Shown here: one piece after another, positions 11,664 through 24,162 of the stretch
How positions within the stretch are numbered: position 1 is the stretch's first letter
Layout of the letters: every line of letters starts with the position of its first letter
Source: Octopus sinensis
Taxonomy: Eukaryota
DNA length: 64,000 nt
Reading direction: 5' to 3'
NCBI RefSeq assembly: GCF_006345805.1
Contig: NC_042998.1
Span: 182,590,001-182,654,000, forward strand
Made by a program: the position numbers and the translations under genes
Notes under the pieces: generated by a model
Seen by the model: only the letters and a program-made list of their open reading frames with translations
Database searches by the model: none
Told to the model about the DNA's origin: nothing

Positions 11664-12737
11664 CTGCAAAAGAAAAGGAAGGCATACATATTTATGATTA
11701 TATTTACATCGTAAATATATTTCTTGATTTTAAATAGTTCCATATAAATTTCTTCAAAATATGAGTGAAGTTAAAATTTATCCACACTTTTGCCATTACA
11801 TATCGTTATTATTGTTACACTACCTTCTTCACATGCATACTTATAGATGGTATTATTGTGGTCACCTGATCGATGTTTGAGCCTGAACACATCATTTATT
11901 GTTCTGGCTTTACAGTGTAAGTATGGCTGCTCCTCTAGCAATGTGCACCAAAGAAGAACAAAGAGCAGTGGTTGGAAGGCATGTCAGGTGCTAAAATTCA
12001 TCAGAAGATTTTAAACACAATTGGTTAATGGTTTCAACAGTCTGGGTGGCCATGTGTGGAAGTGCATTGTCATGCAGCAACAAAACTTTCTTCAACAATA
12101 GGTTTCAGTGTTTGGTGTGAATTGCTGGCTTCATTTTGTTTGCCAGCAAAGTAATGTATCTTGCACTATTGATCGTACACCCCTTTTCCAGATAGGTATC
12201 CAGTATTGGCCCTTTTGAGTTAGAATCACATTTCCTAACCACCATTGTATTTTACCAAAGGTTCCGTCCGCTCCATCGAAATTCAGGACCAGGCACTGCA
12301 ATAGTCTAGGGTTATGACCTGCCACAAAAATAAGAAATCTGCATAAGGTGGAAGTAGGTGTCTTCAGAAAGAAACTAGACATTCTCCAGTCCACAATACC
12401 AGATGAACCAACAGCTTGACATGAGATGCGGACGAGGGTAGCAGAATCAAACTTCCTTATACATCAAATTGGCCAACAGTTGGGACAAAGGCACATACAG
12501 GAGTGGTGATGTGAAACACTCCACACTGAGAAAATCAGCATGACAATAGCTGCATGGCTGAAACAAGTAAAAGAGTAAAAGATATATATTTCATCTAAAG
12601 GAGATCCCTTTAAAGATGCATAATGTTATAAAACACAGCATACTTCAAAGCTAGGTGAAACAAATCACCCTCAAAGTGAATGAGAACACCAAATACTGAT
12701 ATTTTACAGTTATTTCCACTCATCAATGTTACATATA

Positions 12738-12966
12738 TTTCTTTACTACCCACAAGGGGCTAGACATAGAGGGGACAAACAAGGACAGACAAATGGATTA
12801 AGTAGATTACATCGACCCCAGTGCGTAACTGGTACTTAATTTATCGACCCCGAAAGGATGAAAGGCAAAGTCAACCTCGGCGGAATTTGAACTCAGAACG
12901 TAGCGGCAGACGAAATATGGCTACGCATTTCGCCCGGCATGCTAACGTTTCTGCCAGCTCGCCGCC
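12738..12966 (-). mobile_element. tRNA-derived SINE family B
   Basis: ggcggcgagctggcagaa head and ctttcatcctttcggggtcgat core; copies at 28716, 31357 and 38759. Confidence 0.85.
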
Positions 12967-15015
12967 TTCCACTCATCAATGTTACATACTCTTCCACTTC
13001 TGAAAGCAATCACAACAGCCAACCAAAAGTTTGTACACAAATTGCATAAAAAGTGTGGCACAAGGTAAACAAAATTCAAATATTATGTTTGGAGCAAACA
13101 TTGTCACAATCACACTCTTTGTATACATATTTCTGTTTCAACCCAGAAATGTTTTTACTTTAACTGCTGCACCTCAGTAACATATTAAATCCAAATATTT
13201 GAAAACATTTTGGTTTCTTTATATAAAATGAATGGAACCAACCTCATAAGCTTGTGCAAGCAAGCGCTGTTCATTTAAAGATTGTTTCAACTCAGAAATT
13301 CTTGTCTTTAACCGGTCCAACTCAGCAAGATACTAAATCAAAGTAGTTGAAAACATGTTGGTTTCTTCAGGTAAAACAAAATTTAATTAATTGCAACAAA
13401 CAACTGAAAAAACACAAGAGAAAATATGCAAACTAATGCAAAGCATATTACATACTCACACACATATAAGCATGTATGTATGTTGATATAGAGTAAAAGC
13501 CAAGATCTCTTGATTCTGAACTAGAATTTAGCTATTAATACCACTGGAATAAGGACAAATAAGACTTAGATCAATCTGAATAACTAAAGATGTACAATTT
13601 ATGAGTGGAATACTGCATTCATAGTTTTAATTCCAGTTCTTCTCAGAACTGTTTCAAAAGAGGTTAGACATTCAAAGTGGTAACTATTGTTTTATATTAG
13701 CCAAGAGATTCATTATTTGAAAGTTTCTTGTTCCTTGAGAAATATCAGTTAGTCAGAAAGCTGACTAAGAATGAAAGGAGAATGAAAGGATTTAGCTTAA
13801 AAAATTAAATTGCAAGTAGTCACAAAGAATGTGATGAAATAGTTAGAACTGTAGCATCAAGGCAAATTTATTATATGAATATGTAGCACAAATCAGAGAC
13901 CTTGATTTTTTTATGGCAAACAGAGCCAATAACTATAGCATATACAGCAAAAATCTACTGAACCCAACATACACATGAATTTGTGAAGAAATATCAAAAT
14001 GTCTTTTCATGATAGCCATCTATTCAGGCTCTGCTAAGTGAGACTGGAAAACAATAGCAACATCAACAATAACAATAGCTATCCTGTAAATATGCCTATA
14101 AGTACAAACATGGAAAGGCACAGGATTGCGTAGTTTAGAAGACTGCTTCACAATCATGTAATTTGGGGCTCGGTCCCATTGTGTAACACTTTGGGCAAGT
14201 GTCTTCTATTGTAGCATCAGGACAACCAATGCTTTGTGAGTGAATTTGGTAGACAGAAAATATAGGAAGTCGTGCCTGCATGTGTGTCTGTGTGAGTGTT
14301 AAATTCTCTGATGAGCTGAGCTATAGATAGTGTAATTTATTGACAAACAATACCATCTATAAATTATCCAGTAGCCCACCATTTTTGAAGAGAAATGGAA
14401 TGAAGATTTACTTTGAAAACAAACAAAGGTTAGCAATGGGAAAGGCATTTGGTTGTAAAACAATGCCTTAATAATATGCATTCATGTAATAATACTAGCA
14501 TGAAAAGATAGACGTAAAACAAATAAGCGAATATTATCATAAAAAGGAAGGGATAACTATTATCAGTTGAGTTGGATGAGGTAAATAAATAATGCACTTT
14601 GCTTGTATGTATAAAGCAATGCCACAAGTTGGTTTGAATTACTAACATTTTAGAGTTACAGCTCCTGTTAGACATCTTATGAAATTCTAGAATGGAACAA
14701 ACTTACATGCATGATGTGTTCCATATGTCAGTTATGGATACTGAAATAAGATAAGATAAATGTTATACTGAGATAATGGTGAACATCCCGCTATTAATGT
14801 CATATGGTTAAGTGATCTCATATTTAATGTAGAAAATACCAAATAAAGAGAAATATCATACATGAGTACTAATAACAAACTTCAAATATATGACTTATGG
14901 GTTAGTAGGAATATTTATTTATTTTGATTATGGTTACCATAATCAAAATGAATAAATAAATAAATAAATAAATAAATAAGAGAAACTGAAAATAAAAAAG
15001 AAAATGGTTATTTAC

Positions 15016-15090
15016 CTCTTCCTTCATAGTTTTAATTTTTAATGCAGCCACCCTGCTATGATCTACACTTGACCCCATTTTTTCAGATTT
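15016..15090 (-). CDS. Internal exon (KSEKMGSSVDHSRVAALKIKTMKEE)
   Basis: ttgttttAG / GTaaat, 75 nt, phase 0/0, open. Confidence 0.75.
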
Positions 15091-15339
15091 CTAAAACAAA
15101 AATTATTATTTTCAGAAGTGAAAAGCTAATTACTTTTCTGTAAATGGCATTGACAACCAATAAAATATATGCAAAAACTTACAGTCATCATATCAAATCT
15201 AATGTATGAATACCAAGGAAGATTTAATCCATCACATATTACCAAATGTGATTTATAAACTGGGGTATTTTATGTGGATTATATATTTTTGTATTATCTG
15301 GAGTATTTTATATAGATTAACCAATTATCACCTACTTAC

Positions 15340-15393
15340 CAACTTTTCATTTTCTTTGATGTAATTGTTCAACATTTTATTTCTAATTAACAT
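15340..15393 (-). CDS. Internal exon (MLIRNKMLNNYIKENEKL)
   Basis: cttacAG / GTaagt, 54 nt, phase 0/0. Confidence 0.78.
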
Positions 15394-15724
15394 CTGTAAG
15401 ATAACCAAAGAAATAAAATTGACAGAATGACTTAATAAGACATGAAACCTTTAAAGGAACAATATAAAATTGTGATGTTCTTGACTTTGATGCACATAAA
15501 TGAGGTGAAGGGATAATAATTTGAGTTAGAAACTGAAACCCAGACATAATTTGGTTTACTAAGATGTTAACACTTCATGCAACTTCATTTCCTTTCCCTA
15601 TAAATTTACAGATTTCTGTTAAGGTAACAAATATGACATTTGTTTGTATGTGATGGAATTTAAAGTTGTGGTACATTACTTTTCTTATAATAGCAATATT
15701 GGTTAAGAGTTTTTAATTGATCAT

Positions 15725-16345
15725 TATCATCATCATCGTTTAACGTCCACTTTCCATGCTAGCATGGGTTGGATGATTTAACTGAGGACTGGCGAACCAG
15801 ATGGCTGTGCCAGGCTCCAATCTAATCTGGCAGAGTTTCTACAGCTGGATGCCCTTCCCAACGCCAAACACTCCAAGAGAGTAGTGGGTGCTTTTAAAGT
15901 GCCACCGGCACGAGGGCCAGTCTGGTGGTACTGGCAACGACCACGCTCTAAAATGGTGTTTTTTACATGCCACCTGCACAGGAGTAACTCTAGCAGCACT
16001 GGCAACGACCTCGCTTGAATGTTTTGTTCACGTGCCACCAGCACAAGTGCCAGTGAGAGGACGCTGACAACGGTCATGCTCAAATGGTACTCTTTACGTG
16101 CCAGACAGCTGTTCTGGCAGTGATCCTGCTTGGATGGAGCTGTTAGCGCTCCACTGGGATGGGAACCAGTCATCGAATTTGGTTCAGTTTCGATTTCATT
16201 TGACCCAACAGGTCTTCGCAAGCAGAGTTTAGTGTCCAGGGAAGGAAAGTTGGCATGGGTGCCAGTCGATGAATTTGGTTCGATTTCGAATTCAATTTTG
16301 ATTTCGATTTTGATTTCACTTGCCTCAGCAGGTCCTCACAACATA
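15725..16345 (-). mobile_element. SINE/LINE-3' family C copy
   Basis: Same 3' end as 1926-2293, reversed. Confidence 0.65.
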
Positions 16346-16734
16346 AATGAATTGACAAACTCTCTTCTCTGATGAAATTCAGAGTTGTGGTATCCATTAC
16401 TTTTCCTGTAATATTGATTTAAATACATCAACCCAGTGCTCAACTGATACTTATTTTATTGACTCTGCAAGGATGAAAAGTTGACTTTGGTGAAAATTGA
16501 ACTCAGAGTGTAAAGATGGACGAAATGCTGCTAAGCATTCTGCCAGTTCACTGCCTGTACTTTTCCAGTAATATTAGCAATATTAAATGTTTTTATTGAT
16601 GTGTGAATAAATTAATGAATTCTTTTCTTTGCTAAATAGATGAATACAATATTTTCCCATCACAACAAATCAACATCCTAACAGATCACTTAAATCTATT
16701 AACTACAGTGTTTTAATAATGCGCACACATGCAC

Positions 16735-16771
<37 letters not shown>

Positions 16772-17065
16772 TGCACAAAGTCTCTGATGAAATTTCTTAG
16801 TTCATTATATAACTAAAAATACATGACAAATACTCAAGAGTGATATAATATTCCAACTTTCAACAGTCATTGACTTTCAACAAAGCTCAAACATAACCCA
16901 TAGTATCATTGTGTTCTCACATTTGGAACAGTACTGTTACTAAAGATACAAGCATTTTGGACCACAACAGTAGAAGGATATTTGACTAACTAGAAAATAC
17001 TCGCCTATACACTGCAGCTTCTAGCCCACAAATATTTTGTTCCTTCATTCTGTTTACAACAACTC

Positions 17066-17520
17066 ACCTGGCCTTCGTGCTGGTTGCACGTAAAAAGCAC
17101 CATCCGATCATGGCCATTGCCAGCCTCGCCTGGCCTCCGTGCCGGTGGCACATAAAAAGCACCATCCGATCATGGCCGTTGCCAGCCTCGCCTAGCCTCT
17201 GTGCCGGTGGCACATAAAATGCACTATCCGATCATGGCCGTTGCCAGCCTCGCCTGGCCTCCGTGCCGGTGGCACATAAAAAGCACCATCTGATCGTGGT
17301 CGTTTGCCAGCCTCGTCTGGCACCTGTGCCAGTGGAACGTAAAAAGCACCCACTACACTCATGGAGTGGTTGGCGTTAGGAAGGGCATCCAGCCATAGAA
17401 ACATTGCCAGATCTAACTGGGCCTGGTGCAGCCTTCTGGCTTCCCAGACCCCTGTTGAACCGTCCAACCCATGCCAGCATGGAAAGCGGATGATGATGAT
17501 GATGATGTTGATGATGATGA
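17066..17520 (+). mobile_element. SINE family C with ~62-bp internal tandem repeats
   Basis: Repeated caccatccgatcatggccgttgccagcctcgcc units, (GAT)n tail. Confidence 0.8.
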
Positions 17521-17971
17521 TTACAACAGCTTTTGTTCCTATAAATTAGTTAGTCACATATCAACACCATCTAACCCACCTGGTACATCCTCTCATCTTC
17601 CCCTCTTGTCACCTATCATTTAATTCTACCCATGTCATCCTCAGACTCCACAGGAACTACTTTGCCCATCATTACTTATGAGAACATCGACATAAACCAA
17701 TCAAAGATAATGATCCAAACAGTCTTAGAGGGTTTGTGAAGGTCATAATCACTGCACCTTTCTGCCTTGCTGAACCATTAAAAAATAACACATGCTTACA
17801 TGCACACAGACATATGCACATATGCAGACAAGGGTGCACTTACAAACACTTGCTTGAAGACACACATACAGTTGCTTGTACACACACATACACTCACATG
17901 TGCATGCAAATACATTCACATTCATGTATACATAGATATTCACACAAAAAGTATATTTATATAAGTATATA

Positions 17972-18142
17972 GGCACAGGAGTGGCTGTTTGGTAAGTAGC
18001 TTGTTTACCAACCACATGGTTCCGGGTTCAGTCCCACTGCGTGGCACTTTGGGCAAGTGTCTTCTACTATAGCGTCGGGCCGACCAAAGCCTTGTGAGTG
18101 GATTTGGTAGATGGAAACTGAAAGAAGCCCGTTGTATATATG

Positions 18143-18212
<70 letters not shown>

Positions 18213-18441
18213 GCGTGTGTGTGTTTGTGTGTCTGTGTTTGTCCCCCTAGTATTGCTTGACAACCGATGCTGGTGTGTTTATGTCCCCGTTACTTAATGG
18301 TTTGGCAAAAGAGACCGATAGAATAAGTACTGGGCTTACAAAAAGAATAAGTCCCGGGGTCGAGTTGCTCAACTAAAGGCGGTGCTCCAGCATGGCCGCA
18401 GTCAAATGACTGAAACAAGTAAAAGAGTAAAGAGTAAAGAG
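17972..18441 (+). mobile_element. SINE family A
   Basis: Full-length copy. Confidence 0.88.
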
Positions 18442-18542
18442 TATATGATTATACTATAATCTGTTTATATACTGAAATGGTTTGCTTAATATTAAGAAAA
18501 ATTATATGATTTTATGATATTGAAAAAGATACAGATACTAAC

Positions 18543-18613
18543 TTCTTGAGACATTTGTTTTGACTTCATTTTTTCTCTTACTAAATCTTGCTGAACTTTG
18601 TTCACTTTGATTC
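18543..18613 (-). CDS. Internal exon (xIKVNKVQQDLVREKMKSKQMSQE)
   Basis: Long pyrimidine tract + aAG / GTtagt, 71 nt, phase 1/0, compatible with neighbours. Confidence 0.75.
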
Positions 18614-18974
18614 CTTAAGAAAGAGAAGAAAAAATTTTAAACATTAAATTTTTTGCACAATACTTCAAAATGGAATCTTTATTATGATCAGGACAATCTT
18701 AAACAGAATGGGACAACACAGGACAAACAAAAAACAAAAATGTTATATGAGTTCATATGATATCATTTAAAAATTTACTAAAATATATTTTAAACACGAA
18801 TAATTTAACCTTAGGCTAGAACTTTCTTTTTTAAATGCATAAGAAAACAAAGCACAAAGTGTCCAAATATTTGAAGTTGTTGTTGCTACATATTTTACAT
18901 CTATTGTCTCCCCGGTCCTTCAGGGAAAATTCTGAATTATCCTCTGCTGTGAATTTTGGCCTCGTGAGATGGTC

Positions 18975-19201
18975 TTAACCCTTTTGTTACCAACCCAGCT
19001 GAAACCGGCTCTGGCTCTGAGTACAAAAGTTTTGTTTTCATAAATTTTGAATTAAAACTTTCACCAAACCTTAGTCACAAATTATGTTCCTAACACTAAC
19101 TAAATGATGACTATGTTATTTTACTAAATTCTTTGTTATATTTAAAGTAATTGAAAGAAACACAGAGCATCTCAAAAGAAATACAGTAACGAAAGGGTTA
19201 A
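18975..19201. mobile_element. TTAA-flanked MITE with CCCTTT termini (piggyBac-like)
   Basis: ttaacccttttgttac ... gtaacgaaagggttaa; inverted copy at 40725-40936. Confidence 0.8.
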
Positions 19202-19246
19202 AGATTTTTTGGTCAATGTTTACTTTTTTTTTTATGAGATATTCAC

Positions 19247-19324
19247 CAACCAGATTTATCATTTTGGGGCTTTGTGAAAATATTGGTAGCTTTGTTTTTA
19301 TAGTGTGGAATATGTCAATCACTC
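19247..19324 (-). CDS. Possible cassette exon (xVIDIFHTIKTKLPIFSQSPKMINLV)
   Basis: tttcAG / GTgaat, 78 nt, phase 1/1 and open in the required frame. Confidence 0.4.
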
Positions 19325-19643
19325 CTGAAATATGTGTATTGATAAATGAAATGAATTGTTGATCTTGGGTTTATATGCAAATTAGAGTTATGTGTTGCAG
19401 CATAGCACCTGTGAAAGAAAACTGAATCATAAATTAAAATCAGATCTAGTAATATAAACATTATCAGTCATGCATACATAGAGTATGTGTTTTTTTTTTA
19501 TACACACATTTGCTGTAGGATAGCATTCCGGGAAAAGCTTCTTACCTGATGCCAAGTGTTAAAAAACACTGAATGTTCCAGACCAGGTGAGACAACTCTT
19601 CAATTTATTTTTCCCCACTGTAACACTGCAACACATCACTCTA

Positions 19644-20450
19644 TCTCTCTATATATAAACGGCAGTTTGTCTGTATGTGTGTCTGTGTGTCTGTCAGGTT
19701 GTACCCTCACCCTGACCACGGCTTTCAACCGATTCTGATGAAACTTGACACACACATAGCCCAATGTCATAATTCCAAACTAACGCAGCGAAAATTTTGA
19801 AAATTCCCCCAGTTCTGAAAAAAAATCGATAAATTCGACATGGGTCGAGAATCTAAGCTTCTTATATGCAACACATTTTCTACAGACTGTCTAGGGGACG
19901 CAACTCGACCTTTTTAACTCTCGGAACATGTGGGGTAAGTATCCCAAAATGTATAAAAATGTACAAAAATGGCAAAAAAGCGGGCAGCAATGTGAGTGAC
20001 AACAATGAAAAAGTCAAAAGTGACCAAACTGAACAAACGAATGGAAAAGGTTTTTTTGGTGCAGATGACAAAAGCACTTTATAATAAACCAAGAGTTTGC
20101 AAGTAGCGTCCGAAGACCCTTAGGGTACGTCAAAAATTTAAGGTAAAACGTTTGGGGTGGTAGTTATAAAGAAAGTGTAAACAAAAAAAGTATTCAAATA
20201 ACTTGCGGCTGCAGCAGCTATTAGCAGAAGTGGCAGTGTTGGGAGTAAAGTCTCGAATGTAATTTCTTCCTGGTAGGAATTGGTTGGGTTGAATTATCGA
20301 TAGCTGTTTGATAGTTATTTGGGAGTGAAGAGAAGACATTGCAACCTACACATGCACCTTCGTTCCCTAGGGGGAAAGGACTAGATTGGGATTAGTCGTT
20401 GCCTACTAGGGGCTCTTACATACCCGGGCAACGCTAGGCTATGCTGCTAG
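19644..20450 (+). mobile_element. Non-autonomous Helitron
   Basis: TC(TA)n start, GTCT microsatellite, subterminal hairpin ccgggcaacgctagg, CTAG|T end. Confidence 0.75.
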
Positions 20451-20964
20451 TTTGTATATAAGTCCCAGACCAGCAATTCACTTTGTTTCAAGGTAAATGA
20501 TATTGATAAACTATAATAATGGTAAAATATCAATATCTACCATTCTTGCTCTGGGACATTCGGTATTTGTTTGTTTTTTTGTGTAGTGAGCTTTCCCTAG
20601 ATACTATTCCACAACAAATGGGTATAAGTAAAATGCAAACACCATGTATGTGCAACCAATAAAGTTTATTTATTTATAAATTTATTTTTTAACTTGTTTC
20701 AGTCATTTGACTGTGGTCATGCTGGAGCACCACTTTGAAGTGTTTTTGTAGAACAATTCAACCCCAAGACTTTATTTTAAAGCCTATTACTTATTTTATC
20801 AGTCTCCTTTTTCCAAACCACTAGGTATATAAACACACCAACACCAGTTGTCAAGTGATGATGGGTGGGTAGGACAAACACAGACACAAAGACACACACA
20901 TAGATATACATACATACATATATACATACAAACATATATATATATATACATACATACATATATA

Positions 20965-21171
20965 TATACTTAATAATTAAGGTTCAGCAAAGATTTGCTT
21001 TACCACATACCGAAGTTTAGAAATAGCAGCCAAAAACCTTAGCTATTTCTTCTACTTTAAAAAGGGACTCCTTTCTGGGAGTCCAAGAAATAGCTAAGGC
21101 TTTTGGCTGCTATTTCTAAACTTTGGTATGTGGTAAAGCAAATCTTTGCTGAACCCTAATTATTAAGTATA
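20965..21171. repeat. Near-perfect inverted repeat, 87-bp arms, 33-bp spacer
   Basis: 20965-21051 is the reverse complement of 21085-21171 with few mismatches. Confidence 0.9.
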
Positions 21172-22027
21172 CTTAAGTTTACCATGAAATGGTCCTTTTT
21201 TCATGCCGAATTCTACTTGGTGAAATTATGGATTACTTCTTAATTAATAATATTTCCTTTTTTGTCTTTGGCATCCTCAATTATATGATGTCCCATTTCA
21301 TTGCCTTTTTAACTCCATTATTTATTAATTTTAAGGAGTAATTCCAACATTATAAGGGAAAGGCACTCGCACTTTGCGGGACATTTCTGGCAAACTAAAT
21401 AAGAGCTGGAAAGTAACCTACTGCTATAGATACCAAAGCAGGGCCATACTTGAGCTAGTTATCCAGACACAACATATGTAGATCAACTCACTAGAGAAAC
21501 TGGATGCCTCCCCGAAGGCCTTACTCAACTAATGTAGGCCTGATATGGATGCTGTATGGGGGTTAAAAATGCCCAAGCAAGCTCAACCAAATAATGGCGA
21601 TCAGAAAACCTTTAAGTTCATTCAGTTGAATTTGACATATTTTTGGGTCAGCCACTGTTACACAAATATTTCTTGCCATACTAAGTGCAATGTTTTGTTT
21701 GATGTGTAAAGGATGGCAAGAACAGAAGTTCAAATATTGGTATGTGTTTGTTTTTTGCAAATACTGACAGGACACAGATAGTGTGTCTATGGCCAGCTGG
21801 AGGAGTGTGTCCTCCTGGGGCTAAAAACTACAGTAGCATCCACCCTTAGGGGTCAGCCATATTGAAATGGCAAAAATACGTCACGATGTGTTACCGCTAC
21901 TGTATATAACTCACTTTGATATTTATCATTGTTTGATTTCACTTTTTCAATATCAGCGACAGTGGGCGCTGGAAAAAGTATAAGTATTTGTGAAGGAAAT
22001 CTAATTCTCGGCGACAACTATGATTGT

Positions 22028-22072
22028 CACACGCTGACGAGAGGTCAATACCTCGAAACTCGAGTCCGTGTG
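22028..22072 (+). ncRNA. Type I hammerhead ribozyme (minimal), copy 1
   Basis: cacacg CTGACGA gaggt caat acctc GAAA c tcga GTC cgtgtg: all core nucleotides and three stems present. Confidence 0.88.
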
Positions 22073-22380
22073 TATCATAAGTTGAAGACGGGAAGGATGA
22101 CTTCCCTTTGCAAATACTGACAGGACACAGATAGTGTGTCTATGGCCAGCTGGAGGAGTGTGTCCTCCTGGGGCTAAAAACTACAGTAGCATCCACCCTT
22201 AGGGGCTAGCCATATTGAAATGGCAAAAATACGTCACGATGTGTTACCGCTACTGTATATAACTCACTTTGATATTTATCATTGTTTGATTTCACTCTTT
22301 CAATATCAGCGACAGTGGGCGCTGGAAAAAGTATAAGTATTTGTGAAGGAAATCTAATTCTCGGCGACAACTATGATTGT

Positions 22381-22425
22381 CACACGCTGACGAGAGGTCA
22401 ATACCTCGAAACTCAAGTCCGTGTG
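22381..22425 (+). ncRNA. Type I hammerhead ribozyme, copy 2
   Basis: Same motif; loop 3 is tcaa instead of tcga. Confidence 0.82.
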
Positions 22426-22635
22426 TATCATAAGTTGAAGACGGGAAGGATGACTTCCCTTTGCAAATACTGACACGACACAGATAGTGTGTCTATGGCC
22501 AGCTGGAGGAGTGTGTCCTCCTGGGGCTAAAAACTACAGTAGCATCCACCCTTAGGGGCTAGCCATATTGAAATGGCAAAAATACGTCACGATGTGTTAC
22601 CGCTACTGTATATAACTCACTTTGATATTTATCAT

Positions 22636-22670
22636 TATATATATATACATATATATAGATAGATAGATAT

Positions 22671-22740
<70 letters not shown>
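22636..22740. repeat. (TA)n/(GATA)n microsatellite
   Basis: Direct reading. Confidence 0.95.
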
Positions 22741-22741
<1 letters not shown>

Positions 22742-22748
22742 TGTATAT

Positions 22749-23555
22749 ACATGGAGCGATGGGTAAATTGTCACCATTTTATATTTTAAATTTCATGCAT
22801 GTGCATTGTTTGTTTTTGATTTTGCCAACTACACAGTATAGTAGGGTCAGTTGGACACCATCCGTGAGAAAAATAGCACCATGACACAATTCACTCTGCC
22901 AGAAATTTGGAAACAACATGCTGTATGGCTTGGCATTCATGCCGGAGGCTCCAATACTAACATCATAGTGTTTGGAGGGATCACTAGTGATGGTGACGTT
23001 ATGCTTCTATTCATCATCCTAAATGGCCTCAGACTCAACATTAGGATCCTATATCAAGTGCTTGGAGAAGATAGTGCTGCCTTGGGTCAAGAAGATGGTT
23101 TCTGGAAGACCCTATGTCTAGCAACAGAACTCGGCATCATGCCACACAAGCAAAAGAACCCAGTCATAGCTGTCAGACATTTTCTGCAACCACATCACTC
23201 CTAACATCAGGCCACCCAACTCCCCAGACTGCAACCTCCTTCATTATTGTGTATGAGGTGCAGTTGAGCGAGAGACCAGCAAAACTCCTTTTGACACCAA
23301 AGATGAACTGAAGGCACAGATTATGGCAGCATTCACCAACTTAAACAAGGAGACCGCCTAGAAGAGTTGCTGGAGATTCTGGAGGTGTCTGGAGGCTGTG
23401 GTTGAAGCCAATGACAATTTTACTCAATAAATTTACTCTTTAGTATTTCAAGATATTTTTATGTAATTTTGGTAAATATATCTGTTAAAATGAGATGTCA
23501 GTGTTATTTTCATTTTTGCATAATTTAGACTACATTTTATTCACCATACACTGTA
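22749..23555 (+). mobile_element. Decayed Tc1/mariner-superfamily transposon
   Basis: Degenerate TIRs; frameshifted VFGGITSDG, QQNSASCHTS and PPNSPDCN motifs. Confidence 0.7.
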
Positions 23556-23564
23556 TGTATATAT

Positions 23565-23647
<83 letters not shown>

Positions 23648-23650
<3 letters not shown>

Positions 23651-23880
23651 TCATCATCATCGTTCAACGTCCGTTTTCCATGCTAGCATGGGTTGGACGG
23701 TTTGACTAGGGTCTGGGAAGCCAGGAGACTGCACCAGGCTCCAGTCTGATCTGGCAGTGTTTCTACAGCTGGATGCCTTTCCTAATGCCAACCACTCTGT
23801 GAGTGTAGCAGGTGCTTTTTACGTGCCAGGGGAGGCTGGCAACGGCCACGATTGGTTGGTGCTTTTTATGTGCCACCAGC
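23648..23880 (-). mobile_element. SINE family C 3' part between (TA)n tracts
   Basis: Same 3' end as other family C copies. Confidence 0.75.
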
Positions 23881-23881
23881 A

Positions 23882-23935
<54 letters not shown>

Positions 23936-24162
23936 TGAGTAAGTCCAATGAATAAGACTGGTGGCATTTGTTCATGCAATTTGGTTTCATACTCGCATAA
24001 TTAATGTTTGTCAATGACATGAAACATGAGTATCTTTTATAAAGCATTAATATTAACTGTTTTCTGAGTTCCTTTTACGTATGTATGTATGTATGTATGT
24101 ATGTACGTATGTATGTATGTATGTATGTATGTATGTACGTATGTATGTATGTATGTACATGT

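Larger units (their letters stand above)
1030..11740. repeat. Degenerate tandem array of ~700-bp intron+exon units (12 exon-bearing copies)
   Basis: Recurring blocks such as gaatggaaagctcaacatatc, ggttgaatagttgcttttca and ctgtaaaacaaaaggaaa in the same order, with a (CA)n tract in each unit. Confidence 0.92.
21754..22635 (+). repeat. 353-bp tandem repeat (2.5 copies) carrying hammerhead ribozymes; retrozyme/pLTR-like
   Basis: Units start at 21754, 22107 and 22460 and are nearly identical. Confidence 0.92.

Noticed and set aside
21929-22473. Two near-identical 63-aa ORFs with a GAGKS P-loop-like word
   Set aside because: They start at TTG and simply reflect the 353-bp repeat; the hammerhead lies inside them and explains the sequence better.
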